Part shown: in pieces, positions 10,325 through 19,968 of the stretch | Layout: each line of letters starts with the position of its first letter | Numbering within the stretch: the stretch's first letter is position 1 | DNA from: Candidatus Profftella armatura | GTDB taxonomy: Bacteria; Pseudomonadota; Gammaproteobacteria; Burkholderiales; Burkholderiaceae | DNA: 32,000 nt | Reading direction: 5' to 3' | NCBI RefSeq assembly: GCF_000441555.1 | Contig: NC_021885.1 | Coordinates: 90,001 to 122,000, forward strand | Translations under genes and position numbers: made by a program | The notes under the pieces: generated by a model | The model's input: the letters and a program-made list of their open reading frames with translations, nothing else | What the model was told of the DNA's origin: nothing | The model's database searches: none

Positions 10325-10801
10325 ATGAACTCAACTCCATTAACAAGACATGGTGCGAATCTTTTAAAACAAGAATTGCATAACTTAAAAAAATATGAAC
10401 GTCCATATGTTATTTCTCAAATTTCAGAAGCGCGTGCACACGGTGATTTATCTGAAAATGCTGAATATAATGCTGCTAAAGAACGTCAAAGTTTTATTGA
10501 GGGACGTATTACTGATATTGAAAATAAACTTAATAATGCAGTGATTATAGATCCGTTAAATTTAGATGCAGATGGTCGAGTTGTTTTTGCTTCAACTGTT
10601 TATTTAGAAAATTTAGAAACAAGTGAAAAAGTAACTTATCAAATAGTTGGTATAGATGAAGCTAATATTAAAGAATCAAAAATATCTATAACCTCTCCAA
10701 TAGCACGAGCATTAATAGGGAAAACAAGTGGTGATATAATTTTTTTCAAATCTCCATCAGGGTTACAAGAATATAAAATTCTTAAAGTTATTTATATATA
10801 A
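10325..10801 (+). CDS. greA: Transcription elongation factor GreA
   Basis: 158 aa. The N-terminal coiled coil carries the conserved acidic tip HGDLSENAEY, followed by the C-terminal globular domain. Confidence 0.95.
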   Translation: MNSTPLTRHGANLLKQELHNLKKYERPYVISQISEARAHGDLSENAEYNAAKERQSFIEGRITDIENKLNNAVIIDPLNLDADGRVVFASTVYLENLETSEKVTYQIVGIDEANIKESKISITSPIARALIGKTSGDIIFFKSPSGLQEYKILKVIYI

Positions 10802-10933
10802 AATTTCATAATAGGTATAATTTTAAAATATATTAATTTAAAAAATAAATTTTATAATTTATTTTAATTAAAGAATTTTATGATTTATTTTAATTAAAGA
10901 TTTTAAATGATTTTTAGTTTATAATATATAATA

Positions 10934-11596
10934 ATGAAAAATAAATTAATAATGAAAAATAAATTAGATAAAAAATGGCTACATAACTATGTTAATGATT
11001 TTTATGTAAAATTAGCAAAGAAAGAAGGATATAGAGCTCGTTCTGTATATAAATTACAAGAAATTGATGCTAAAGAAAGATTAATTAAACCTGGGCAAAT
11101 TATTGTTGATTTAGGTAGTTCACCAGGAAGTTGGTCACAATATATAAGAAAAAAAATATCTTATAATAGTAAAAACATTAACGGTACCATTATTGCATTA
11201 GATGTATTAAAAATGAAACCAATTCCTAATGTGAATTTTATTTTAGGTGATATACGTAATAAATGTACAATAAATAATTTAAAAAAAATATTAAATGGTC
11301 GTAAATTAGATCTTATTTTATCTGATATAGCTCCTAATTTATCTGGTGTTTCTGTTGTTGATTCTGCTAATATTGAATATATTATTAATATAATTTTAGA
11401 ATTTACTCAAGAATATATTAAACCATCTGGCTCTATATTATTAAAGTGTTTTTATGGAATTAATTATAAAGAAATATTTAATAAATTTTATTGTGTTTTT
11501 AAATCTATTTCTTTAAAAAAACCAAAAGCAAGCCATAAAAATTCATCTGAAATATTTTTATTAGGAAAAAAATTAAAAATAAAAAATTTAAATTAA
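10934..11596 (+). CDS. rlmE: 23S rRNA (uridine2552-2'-O)-methyltransferase RlmE/FtsJ
   Basis: Contains YRARSVYKLQEID, the SAM-binding motif DLGSSPGSWSQY, and DIAPNLSG. It lies immediately upstream of ftsH, as in the E. coli rlmE-ftsH operon. An alternative start at 10952 is created by an 18-bp duplication. Confidence 0.93.
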   Translation: MKNKLIMKNKLDKKWLHNYVNDFYVKLAKKEGYRARSVYKLQEIDAKERLIKPGQIIVDLGSSPGSWSQYIRKKISYNSKNINGTIIALDVLKMKPIPNVNFILGDIRNKCTINNLKKILNGRKLDLILSDIAPNLSGVSVVDSANIEYIINIILEFTQEYIKPSGSILLKCFYGINYKEIFNKFYCVFKSISLKKPKASHKNSSEIFLLGKKLKIKNLN

Positions 11597-11667
11597 TTTT
11601 TAATAAATTTATAATTTAAATATAATTTGATTTTTATTATATTTAAAAGTGAATAAGTACCAAGGGA

Positions 11668-13476
11668 ATGCTAGTGAAAAATATATTTTCAAAAGCCATT
11701 ATATGGATTGTAATTTCATCAATGTTATTTTTTATATTTAAGCAATTTAATAATAGAGAAATAACTAAAAAAGTAGATCAAATTGCTTATTCAGATTTTA
11801 TATTAGATATTAAATTTGGGCGTATAAAAGATGTAGTAATTGAAGATAGGAATATTTTTGCAACCACAAAAAACGGTAAAAAAATTAAAACTGTAACAAC
11901 TTATTTGGATAGAGGATTAATAGGGGATCTTTTAGTTAATAATGTAAAATTTGATGTTAAACAAATAGAAAATAAATCTTCTTTTATTTCACAAGTATTT
12001 ATTTCATGGTTTCCAATGTTATTGTTAATTGGTATTTGGGTGTTTTTTATGCGTCAAATACAAGGAGGGAATAAAGGTATTGCTTTTTCTTTTGGAAAAT
12101 CAAAAGCACGTATGTTAAAAAAAAACTCTAACACAATTACTTTTTCTGATGTAGCTGGTTGTGATGAAGCTAAATCAGAGGTCTATGAAATAGTTGATTT
12201 TTTACGTGATCCAGATAAATTTCAAAAATTAGGAGGTAGAATTCCAAATGGAGTTTTAATGATTGGTCCACCAGGTACTGGTAAAACTTTATTAGCCCGT
12301 GCAATCGCTGGTGAGGCTAAAGTACCGTTTTTTACTATATCAGGTTCAGATTTTGTTGAAATGTTTGTTGGTGTTGGCGCATCTCGTGTACGAGATATGT
12401 TTAAAAATGCTAAAAAAAATGCGCCTTGTATTATTTTTATTGATGAAATTGATGCGGTAGGCCGTCATAGAGGAATTGGTATGGGAGGCGCAAGTGATGA
12501 GCGCGAACAAACATTAAATCAAATGTTAGTTGAAATGGATGGTTTTGAAGCTAATTCTGGGGTGATAGTTATTGCAGCAACTAATAGAGCAGATGTACTT
12601 GATAAAGCTTTATTAAGACCAGGACGTTTAGATAGGCAAGTTGTAGTTGGTTTACCTGATATTCGAGGACGCGAACAAATTTTATGTGTTCATATTAAAA
12701 AAGTACCTATAGCAAATGATGTTAAGATTAATATCTTAGCACGTGGTACACCCGGTTTTTCTGGTGCTGATTTAGCTAATTTAGTTAATGAAGCTGCTTT
12801 ATTTGCTGCTCGTAATAATAAAAATTTAGTTGAAATGTCTGATTTTGAAAGCGCTAAAGATAAAATTATTATGGGACCAGAACGTAAATCTACTATAATA
12901 CGAGAAGAAGAACGACGTAATACTGCGTATCATGAATCTGGTCATGCGATAGTAGCTAAGCTTTTACCAAAATCTGATCCAGTATATAAAGTCACTATTA
13001 TGCCACGTGGATTTGCTTTAGGATTAACATGGCAATTACCAGAATATGATCGAGTTAATATGTATAAAGATAAAATTTTAGAAGATATTGCAATTTTATT
13101 TGGTGGACGAATTTCAGAAGAAATTTTTATGAAACAAATATCAACTGGCGCATGTAATGATTTTGAGCGTGCTACAAAATTAGCTCGTTTAATGGTAACT
13201 CGTTATGGAATGTCAAAAAATTTAGGTGCAATGGTATATGAGGATTCTGAAAATGATGCTTACTTTTGTAAGATGTCTTCTAAAAAAATTTCCGAAGCTA
13301 CGCAACAAAAAGTTGATATTGAAATTCGTAATATTTTAGATACTCAATATAAATTATCGAAAAAATTGTTAGAAAATAATCGTGATAAAGTAGATTTAAT
13401 GGCAAAAACATTATTAGAATTAGAAACAATTAATGCAGATCAAATTAATGATATTATGTTAGGAAATAGATCCTAA
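11668..13476 (+). CDS. ftsH: ATP-dependent zinc metalloprotease FtsH
   Basis: 602 aa with two TM segments, Walker A GPPGTGKT, Walker [10 protein letters not shown], the SRH region, and the zinc site HESGHAI. Confidence 0.97.
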   Translation: MLVKNIFSKAIIWIVISSMLFFIFKQFNNREITKKVDQIAYSDFILDIKFGRIKDVVIEDRNIFATTKNGKKIKTVTTYLDRGLIGDLLVNNVKFDVKQIENKSSFISQVFISWFPMLLLIGIWVFFMRQIQGGNKGIAFSFGKSKARMLKKNSNTITFSDVAGCDEAKSEVYEIVDFLRDPDKFQKLGGRIPNGVLMIGPPGTGKTLLARAIAGEAKVPFFTISGSDFVEMFVGVGASRVRDMFKNAKKNAPCIIFIDEIDAVGRHRGIGMGGASDEREQTLNQMLVEMDGFEANSGVIVIAATNRADVLDKALLRPGRLDRQVVVGLPDIRGREQILCVHIKKVPIANDVKINILARGTPGFSGADLANLVNEAALFAARNNKNLVEMSDFESAKDKIIMGPERKSTIIREEERRNTAYHESGHAIVAKLLPKSDPVYKVTIMPRGFALGLTWQLPEYDRVNMYKDKILEDIAILFGGRISEEIFMKQISTGACNDFERATKLARLMVTRYGMSKNLGAMVYEDSENDAYFCKMSSKKISEATQQKVDIEIRNILDTQYKLSKKLLENNRDKVDLMAKTLLELETINADQINDIMLGNRS

Positions 13477-13533
13477 ATTATTTAAATAACATCAATAAAA
13501 AATTTATTCAACATTTACGTATTCATAAAATAT

Positions 13534-15282
13534 ATGCTTTTAGAAGAAAAACAACGTATTATTAAATTATTTAATCTTGCATTAAAACCATTATTAATAA
13601 AAACTAATATAGTTCCAACTATAATTCTTGAGTATCCTCGTCATGCTTCGCATGGTGATATTTCTTGTAATATTTCTATGCAAATTTCAAAAAAATTACA
13701 AATAAATTCTTATAAATTAGCTAAAATAATAGCTAAAAATTTAATTCAACAAAAAAACTATATTAAACTTATACAATCTATAGAAATTATAAAACCGGGT
13801 TTTATTAATTTAAAAATTTCTTCTTCAATTAAACAAAAAATAATAAAATATATATTATCTTCTGGCATTAAATTTGGTCAAAGTAATATAGGTTCTAATA
13901 AAAAAATATTAATTGAATTTGTTTCAGCTAACCCAACTGGCCCTCTCCATATTGGACATGGACGACAATGTGCAATAGGCGATATATTATCGTCTTTATT
14001 TATATCTCAGGGATATAAAGTTACACGAGAATTTTATTATAATGATACTGGAGTTCAAATTACTAATTTAGCTCTTTCTGTTCAAGCACGAGCTAAAGCA
14101 ATTTTTTTAGGAAAATCAACATGGCCTGATACTGCTTATAACGGAGAATATATTACTGATATTGCAAAATGTTTTCTTAAAAAGAAAAAAATTATATCTA
14201 AAGATAGATCTATAAATATAATAGCTAATGGAAAAATTAATGATTTAAAAGCTATTAGAGATTTTTCAGTAGCTTATTTACGTCGTGAACAAGATATAGA
14301 TCTTAAGATATTTGGTGTAAAATTTGATAATTATTGTCTCGAATCATCTTTATATAAGACAGGTAAGGTTTCTTTAGTTACTAAATTATTAATTCAATCC
14401 GGAAAAACATATTATAAAGATGGTGCGTTATGGTTACGAACTACTGATTATGGAGATGACAAAGATAGAGTAGTTCGTAAATCAAATGGTGATTTTACAT
14501 ATTTTGTATCAGATATAGCTTATCATATTTTTAAATGGGAAAGGGGGTTTATTCAAGCAATTAATATACAAGGTGATGATCATCAAGGAACCATTACTCG
14601 CGTTAAAGCTGGTTTACAAGCTATAAATATAGGAATACCAAATGATTATCCAAATTATATATTACATAAAATGGTTACTGTTATAAAAAATGGTAAAGAA
14701 GTTAAAATTTCTAAACGCTCCGGTTCTTATATTACAATAAGAAATTTAATTAAATGGTTAAGTAAAACTGAATCAAAAAATGATTCTATTGAATTTAGAG
14801 AAGATTTAATACGTGGAAGAGATTTAATGCGTTTTTTTCTTATTTCTAGAAAATCTGATACTGATTTTATTTTTGATATTGATTTGGCATTAAAAAGATC
14901 AGATGAAAATCCTGTATATTATATACAATATGCACATGCTCGTATTTTTTCTTTATTAAATCAATGGGGTGGTGATAAAAAATCTTTAATTTCTATTAAA
15001 GATTTATCATCTTTAAATACTGAAAAAGAATTATCCTTACTAGTTAAACTTTCAAATTATCCAGAGGTATTAGTTAATTCTGTAAAAGATCTTTGCCCTC
15101 ATTATGTTGCATTTTACTTACGCGATTTAGCAAAAGAATTACATGGTTATTATAATACAGAACGCATTCTTGTAAAAAATATAACTATTAAAATGGCGCG
15201 ATTAGCATTAATTTATTCTATAGGTCAAGTATTAAATAATGGATTAAAATTAATAGGCATTTCTGCTCCAACTAAAATGTAA
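13534..15282 (+). CDS. argS: Arginine--tRNA ligase
   Basis: 582 aa with the class I HIGH motif (SANPTGPLHIGHGR) and a C-terminal DALR anticodon-binding-like region (YIQYAHARI). Confidence 0.94.
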   Translation: MLLEEKQRIIKLFNLALKPLLIKTNIVPTIILEYPRHASHGDISCNISMQISKKLQINSYKLAKIIAKNLIQQKNYIKLIQSIEIIKPGFINLKISSSIKQKIIKYILSSGIKFGQSNIGSNKKILIEFVSANPTGPLHIGHGRQCAIGDILSSLFISQGYKVTREFYYNDTGVQITNLALSVQARAKAIFLGKSTWPDTAYNGEYITDIAKCFLKKKKIISKDRSINIIANGKINDLKAIRDFSVAYLRREQDIDLKIFGVKFDNYCLESSLYKTGKVSLVTKLLIQSGKTYYKDGALWLRTTDYGDDKDRVVRKSNGDFTYFVSDIAYHIFKWERGFIQAINIQGDDHQGTITRVKAGLQAINIGIPNDYPNYILHKMVTVIKNGKEVKISKRSGSYITIRNLIKWLSKTESKNDSIEFREDLIRGRDLMRFFLISRKSDTDFIFDIDLALKRSDENPVYYIQYAHARIFSLLNQWGGDKKSLISIKDLSSLNTEKELSLLVKLSNYPEVLVNSVKDLCPHYVAFYLRDLAKELHGYYNTERILVKNITIKMARLALIYSIGQVLNNGLKLIGISAPTKM

Positions 15283-15294
15283 TTCATAAATTAT

Positions 15295-16275
15295 TTAAAC
15301 AGAAATAAAATATTTAATATTTTTTATACAACCATTAATAAATTCTGTTGCAGATATTTTTTTTTTATTATTTTTTTGCAATTCAAGTAATTTTATAACA
15401 TTTTTGCCACAAACTACTAATATACCATTATGAAAATTAACATTTAATATTGTTCCAGGTTTTTTAGTAGATTCTATAGATAAAGCATGTGCTTTCCATA
15501 TTTTTAAAAATTTTTTTTTATTTTGATAACTAATATAATATGTTTTTGCGCCTGGAAATGGATTAAAAGCATTAATTTTTCTCATAATAGTTTTAGCTGA
15601 TAAAGACCAATCTAATACTGCTTCATTTTTTTTTATTAAAGGCGCATAACTTTCTCCAATATTAGATTGAGGTTTAAAAAATAATTTAGTCATATCATAT
15701 TCTATTTTTTTAATGGTATCAATGATTAATATTTTACTTAATTTTTCTAATTTATTTTGTAATGTCAAAGAAGTATCTTCTGGTAAAATTCTAATAGAAT
15801 TTTGAGATATAATCGGTCCAGTATCAATTCCAGAATCCATTTTTATAATCGTAACTCCAGTGAATATATCTCCTGCTTCAATAGCTCTAGGAACTGGCGC
15901 TGGTCCTCTCCATCTAGGCAATAAAGAATAATGAATATTTATACAACCATAATATGGAATTTTTAATATGTTATATGGTAATATTAATCCATACCCCATT
16001 ACAATCATAATATCAAATTCTATTTTATTTAATAACTTATGTGTTTCATTAGCTATTTTATGATATTTTCCATTCAATTTTAAAGAGATAGGTTGTATTA
16101 TTTTTATAGAATGTTTTAAGGCATATTTTTTTACAGGTGAAAAATTTAGTTTCATACCTCTACCAGAATGAAGATCTGGTTTTGTAAGTATCAAAACAAT
16201 ATTATGTTCTGAATTATAAAGTGTATCCAATATAGCTGCAGCAGATATTGATGTTCCAGCAAAAATAATTTTCAT
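15295..16275 (-). CDS. fmt: Methionyl-tRNA formyltransferase
   Basis: 326 aa with N-terminal MKIIFAGT and the formyltransferase signature INIHYSLLPRWRGPAPV. It converges on argS with only a 12-bp gap. Confidence 0.93.
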   Translation of the reverse strand: MKIIFAGTSISAAAILDTLYNSEHNIVLILTKPDLHSGRGMKLNFSPVKKYALKHSIKIIQPISLKLNGKYHKIANETHKLLNKIEFDIMIVMGYGLILPYNILKIPYYGCINIHYSLLPRWRGPAPVPRAIEAGDIFTGVTIIKMDSGIDTGPIISQNSIRILPEDTSLTLQNKLEKLSKILIIDTIKKIEYDMTKLFFKPQSNIGESYAPLIKKNEAVLDWSLSAKTIMRKINAFNPFPGAKTYYISYQNKKKFLKIWKAHALSIESTKKPGTILNVNFHNGILVVCGKNVIKLLELQKNNKKKISATEFINGCIKNIKYFISV

Positions 16276-16512
16276 TTTAAAAAAATAAAAAATAGTAAAA
16301 ATAAAATATATTTTATTAATAAATTTGATATTAAAATTGAATTTTATTTCAATCTAGTAATAGTAATATATTTATGTTTTTATGTTAAATTTTAATGTCA
16401 TGAGTTATATTATAACAATTATTTTTCTGTTTATTTATACTTTATGAGATAATTTTAATAAAATAAAAATAATTAAATATTCAAATTATTATAAAGAATA
16501 AAGGAAAATTTT

Positions 16513-17385
16513 TTGACTAAAAAAACAAATAAACGAATAGTCCTTGGTATACAATATGATGGTTCTTTATGGCAAGGTTGGCAAACACAATATCATGGTA
16601 AAACAATACAAAATATTGTTGAAGATGCTTTAAAGAAATTTCTATTAACACCAATAAAAATTACTTGTGCAAGTCGTACTGATTCCGGAGTTCATGCTTT
16701 AGAGCAAATAGTTCATTTTGATACAGTATTAAAACGTTCAAATATATCATGGATACGTGGAATTAATAATTTTTTGCCATATTCAATTGCAATAATATGG
16801 GTGTACGAAATTTCTAATTCATTTTTATTTTCTTTGGATGTTTTAAAAAATAATAAAAAAACAAAAAATATTTTTCATGCTCGTTTTAGCGCTATTTCTC
16901 GCAAATATTGTTATTTATTATATAATTATCCAATACGTTTACCATTATTTTATAAAAAATTTGGATGGGTACATTCTCCATTAAATTTACAGCGTATGCG
17001 TATTGCCGCAAATTATCTTATTGGAACTCATAATTTTACAACTTTTAGATCATCAGCATGTCAAGCAAAATCTCCTATTTGCAATATATATAAATTTAAT
17101 ATTGAAAAACATGGCAATTTTTTTATATTAAATATATGTGCAAATTCATTTTTGCAACATATGGTACGAAACATTATTGGATCATTAATTATGGTAGGTA
17201 ATTTAAAAAAAGAACCAGAATGGATATTGGAATTATTAAAGAATAACAATCGAAATAAAGCTGGACCAACTTTTATGGCAGATGGTTTATATTTAGTTAA
17301 AATTAAATATTCTTCTAAATGGAAACTACCCCAGCAATCAATTTTTAAAAAATGGTTTAAAAATATTTCAAAAAATTTTTTTTAA
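16513..17385 (+). CDS. truA: tRNA pseudouridine(38-40) synthase TruA
   Basis: 290 aa. It has a TTG start preceded by AAGGAAA. Motifs include GIQYDGSLWQGWQ and the catalytic Asp motif RTDSGVHA. Confidence 0.9.
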   Translation: MTKKTNKRIVLGIQYDGSLWQGWQTQYHGKTIQNIVEDALKKFLLTPIKITCASRTDSGVHALEQIVHFDTVLKRSNISWIRGINNFLPYSIAIIWVYEISNSFLFSLDVLKNNKKTKNIFHARFSAISRKYCYLLYNYPIRLPLFYKKFGWVHSPLNLQRMRIAANYLIGTHNFTTFRSSACQAKSPICNIYKFNIEKHGNFFILNICANSFLQHMVRNIIGSLIMVGNLKKEPEWILELLKNNNRNKAGPTFMADGLYLVKIKYSSKWKLPQQSIFKKWFKNISKNFF

Positions 17386-17445
17386 AAATTAATTACAAAA
17401 TAATGATATTATTTTAATTTTCTTTTTTATAAAAAAGATTTATTT

Positions 17446-18306
17446 ATGAATTGGCTTAAAAATTATTCATTTCCTAATTTACAAAAAAATAATGCTTTTG
17501 TTAAAAAATCGATTCCAAAAGGATTGTGGATTAAATGTTTATCTTGTAAAACTATATTGTATAAAAATGATTTAAAGTTTAATCAGCAAGTTTGTACAAA
17601 ATGTGATTATCATATGCAGATTAAAGCTAGAGATAGATTAAATAATTTTCTTGATAAAAATAATTTTCATGAAATTGGAGAAAATATATTACCAGTAGAT
17701 ACTTTAAATTTTAAAGATAATATAAAATATTCTGAACGTTTGAAGTTAGCAAAAAAAAATACAAATGAAACTGATGCCTTAATTGTTATAAAAGGTTCTA
17801 TCATGAATTTACCATTAGTAGTGGCTGTATTTGAGTTTGAATTCATGGGTGGATCAATGGGATCAGTTGTTGGTGAACGATTTATTCAAGGAGCACAAAT
17901 TTCTTTAGAACAAAAAATTCCGTTTGTTTGTATCACTGCTACTGGAGGAGCTCGTATGCAAGAAGGTTTATTATCATTAATGCAAATGGCAAAAACTACA
18001 GCAATTTTAACTAAATTATCTAAAAAAAAAATTCCCTTTATTAGTGTTTTAACAAACCCAACTATGGGGGGGGTTTCTGCATCTTTTGCTTTTATGGGGG
18101 ATATAGTAATTGCTGAACCAGGAGCATTAATTGGTTTTGCTGGTCCAAGAGTAATTAAAAATACTGTAAAAGAAAAATTACCTGATGGATTTCAAAGTTC
18201 TGAATTTTTATTAAAAAAAGGGGCTTTAGATATGATTATTGATCGTCGTAAACTACGTTTTAAGATTGCAAATTTATTAGCTTTATTACAAAAGAAATCA
18301 ATATAA
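17446..18306 (+). CDS. accD: Acetyl-CoA carboxylase carboxyltransferase subunit beta
   Basis: 286 aa with an N-terminal Cys4 zinc finger (CLSCKTILY...CTKCDYH) and carboxyltransferase motifs GGSMGSVVGE and PTMGGVSASF. Confidence 0.95.
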   Translation: MNWLKNYSFPNLQKNNAFVKKSIPKGLWIKCLSCKTILYKNDLKFNQQVCTKCDYHMQIKARDRLNNFLDKNNFHEIGENILPVDTLNFKDNIKYSERLKLAKKNTNETDALIVIKGSIMNLPLVVAVFEFEFMGGSMGSVVGERFIQGAQISLEQKIPFVCITATGGARMQEGLLSLMQMAKTTAILTKLSKKKIPFISVLTNPTMGGVSASFAFMGDIVIAEPGALIGFAGPRVIKNTVKEKLPDGFQSSEFLLKKGALDMIIDRRKLRFKIANLLALLQKKSI

Positions 18307-18921
18307 TTTTTTATTAAATTAAATGTAATGTTTACCTTAAAATATTTATATAAATTTATTTATAAAATCGTAAAAATAATAATTTTTTTTATTTTAAAAA
18401 GTATTAAATTTTTTATAAAATATTCTAAATAGATCAAATTACAAATCTATATTACAGAACTAGTTATGTTATATATAAAAAATAAATATAATTTATTTTA
18501 CTAATGAAACATAATTTTTATCATGTAATAACTTTTGTAATCTTTCTGTTCTTATAATTTTAAAATTATAAAGAATTACATATATTAAAATGAATTTTAT
18601 TAAATAAATATCAAAACAATTGTTGTAGAAATAATTTCAGTAATAAAAGTATTGAATTTATGATAAAAAGTATAATAATCAACTTAGTTTTACATAAAAT
18701 ATTAAAATAATATAATAATTATTGAATAAATATATTATTTATAATCAGTATTATATCAATTAAATGTATTTTAAAAATATATATTTATAAAAATTTATTT
18801 TTATTAAAATACTAAATTAATTTTTAATTTTAGTTTTAATTTTTATCAATTTAAATTATTTTTATTAATGTAAAAATATTTTTTATATTCTATGTAACAT
18901 ATAATAAATTAAGGAACATAA

Positions 18922-19830
18922 ATGAGACGAGTTTTTATATTTTTATTAACAAATATTGCTATAATCTTAGTGTTAAATATTATGCTATCATTATTGGGTA
19001 TTAATTATTTTTTTTATAAAATTGGATTAAATATAAAAATATTAACAATTTCTTCAATAATTTTTGGTTTTACTGGATCCATAATATCTTTATTATTAAG
19101 TAAGAAAATAGCTAAATGGTCTATGAATTTAATGGTCATTAAAAATCCATCTAATTTTACTGAAGATTGGTTATTAAAAACAGTAAATAAAATTTCTAAA
19201 AATGCTAATATTTCTACACCAGAGGTTGCAATATATAACGGCGAAATAAATGCGTTTGCTACAGGTGCTTTTAAAAATTCTTCTTTAATAGCAATTTCTG
19301 CTAATTTATTAGAAAGTATGACAAAATTAGAAATAAAAGCAATTATTGCTCATGAAATTTCTCATATTTCTAATGGAGATATGGTGACTATGCTATTAAT
19401 ACAAGGAGTTATAAATACATTTATTATACTAATTTCACGAATATTTAGTTATATTCTAGATTGTTTCTTATTAAATTCATATGATGATTCAAATTATAAT
19501 TCTAATTATAATCATAAAATATATGGTTTAATAACAACTATATTACAAATATTTTTAGGTTTTGGAGCATCTATTGTTGTAGCGTGGTTTTCACGTAATA
19601 GAGAATTTCGAGCTGATCATGGGTCAGCTAAATTATTAGGAACACCTGATCCAATGATAAGCGCCTTACGTCATTTGTCTAATATATCTATAGTTAATGA
19701 TTTACCAAAATCAATAGCTATTCTAGGTATTAATAATAACTTTAAAAAAAAGAGTTTTTTAAAATTATTTGCTACTCATCCATCTTTTGAAAAAAGAATT
19801 GCTATTTTAAGTAATTTATATAAATCTTAG
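18922..19830 (+). CDS. htpX: Membrane zinc metalloprotease HtpX
   Basis: 302 aa with N-terminal TM helices, HExxH as HEISHISNGD, and the C-terminal FATHPSFEKRI motif. AAGGAA lies upstream of the ATG. Confidence 0.92.
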   Translation: MRRVFIFLLTNIAIILVLNIMLSLLGINYFFYKIGLNIKILTISSIIFGFTGSIISLLLSKKIAKWSMNLMVIKNPSNFTEDWLLKTVNKISKNANISTPEVAIYNGEINAFATGAFKNSSLIAISANLLESMTKLEIKAIIAHEISHISNGDMVTMLLIQGVINTFIILISRIFSYILDCFLLNSYDDSNYNSNYNHKIYGLITTILQIFLGFGASIVVAWFSRNREFRADHGSAKLLGTPDPMISALRHLSNISIVNDLPKSIAILGINNNFKKKSFLKLFATHPSFEKRIAILSNLYKS

Positions 19831-19874
19831 TTAAGTAATTTGTAATAAATTTACATTTATTTTTTAAAATTACT

Positions 19875-19902
19875 CTTGAATTAATTATCAATTAATTTAT
19901 AT
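19875..19902 (+). promoter_or_regulatory. Candidate sigma32-type heat-shock promoter
   Basis: CTTGAA at 19875-19880 matches the sigma32 -35 core exactly. After a 14-nt spacer, ATTTATAT (19895-19902) occupies the position of CCCCATNT, keeping only the AT.T part. It lies about 70-95 nt upstream of the sHSP ATG. Confidence 0.35.
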
Positions 19903-19940
19903 ACTATATGGATAATGTAATTTAAAGGCTTACTGAAACT

Positions 19941-19963
19941 ATCGCTTTATTTTATAAGGAGAT
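19941..19963 (+). promoter_or_regulatory. ROSE-like RNA thermometer hairpin that occludes the SD
   Basis: The left arm aUCGCUuua (19941-19949) pairs with the right arm uAAGGAGau (19955-19963) across a 5-nt loop. That gives 8 of 9 pairs, including one G-U, with a G.A mismatch opposite the SD. UCGCU matches the ROSE consensus U(U/C)GCU. The ATG is at 19969. Confidence 0.5.
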
Positions 19964-19968
19964 CTAAA

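Noticed and set aside
16380-16390. Exact match to the XerD-binding arm of E. coli dif (TTATGTTAAAT) in the fmt-truA spacer
   Set aside because: The adjoining central region and XerC arm (expected GGTGCGCATAA-TGTATA) do not match; the sequence is gtaatatattt-atgttt. My rough estimate is that an 11-mer with ten A/T and one G is expected about once by chance in 64 kb of sequence with this composition.
17061-17249. 62-aa minus-strand ORF inside truA
   Set aside because: It is an antisense shadow ORF within a well-supported truA, with no motifs or RBS.
18552-18571. Perfect 20-bp palindrome ttataattttaaaattataa as a possible protein-binding site
   Set aside because: It is pure A/T in an extremely AT-rich spacer. 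Such palindromes are expected by chance, and there is no second copy or nearby regulator gene.
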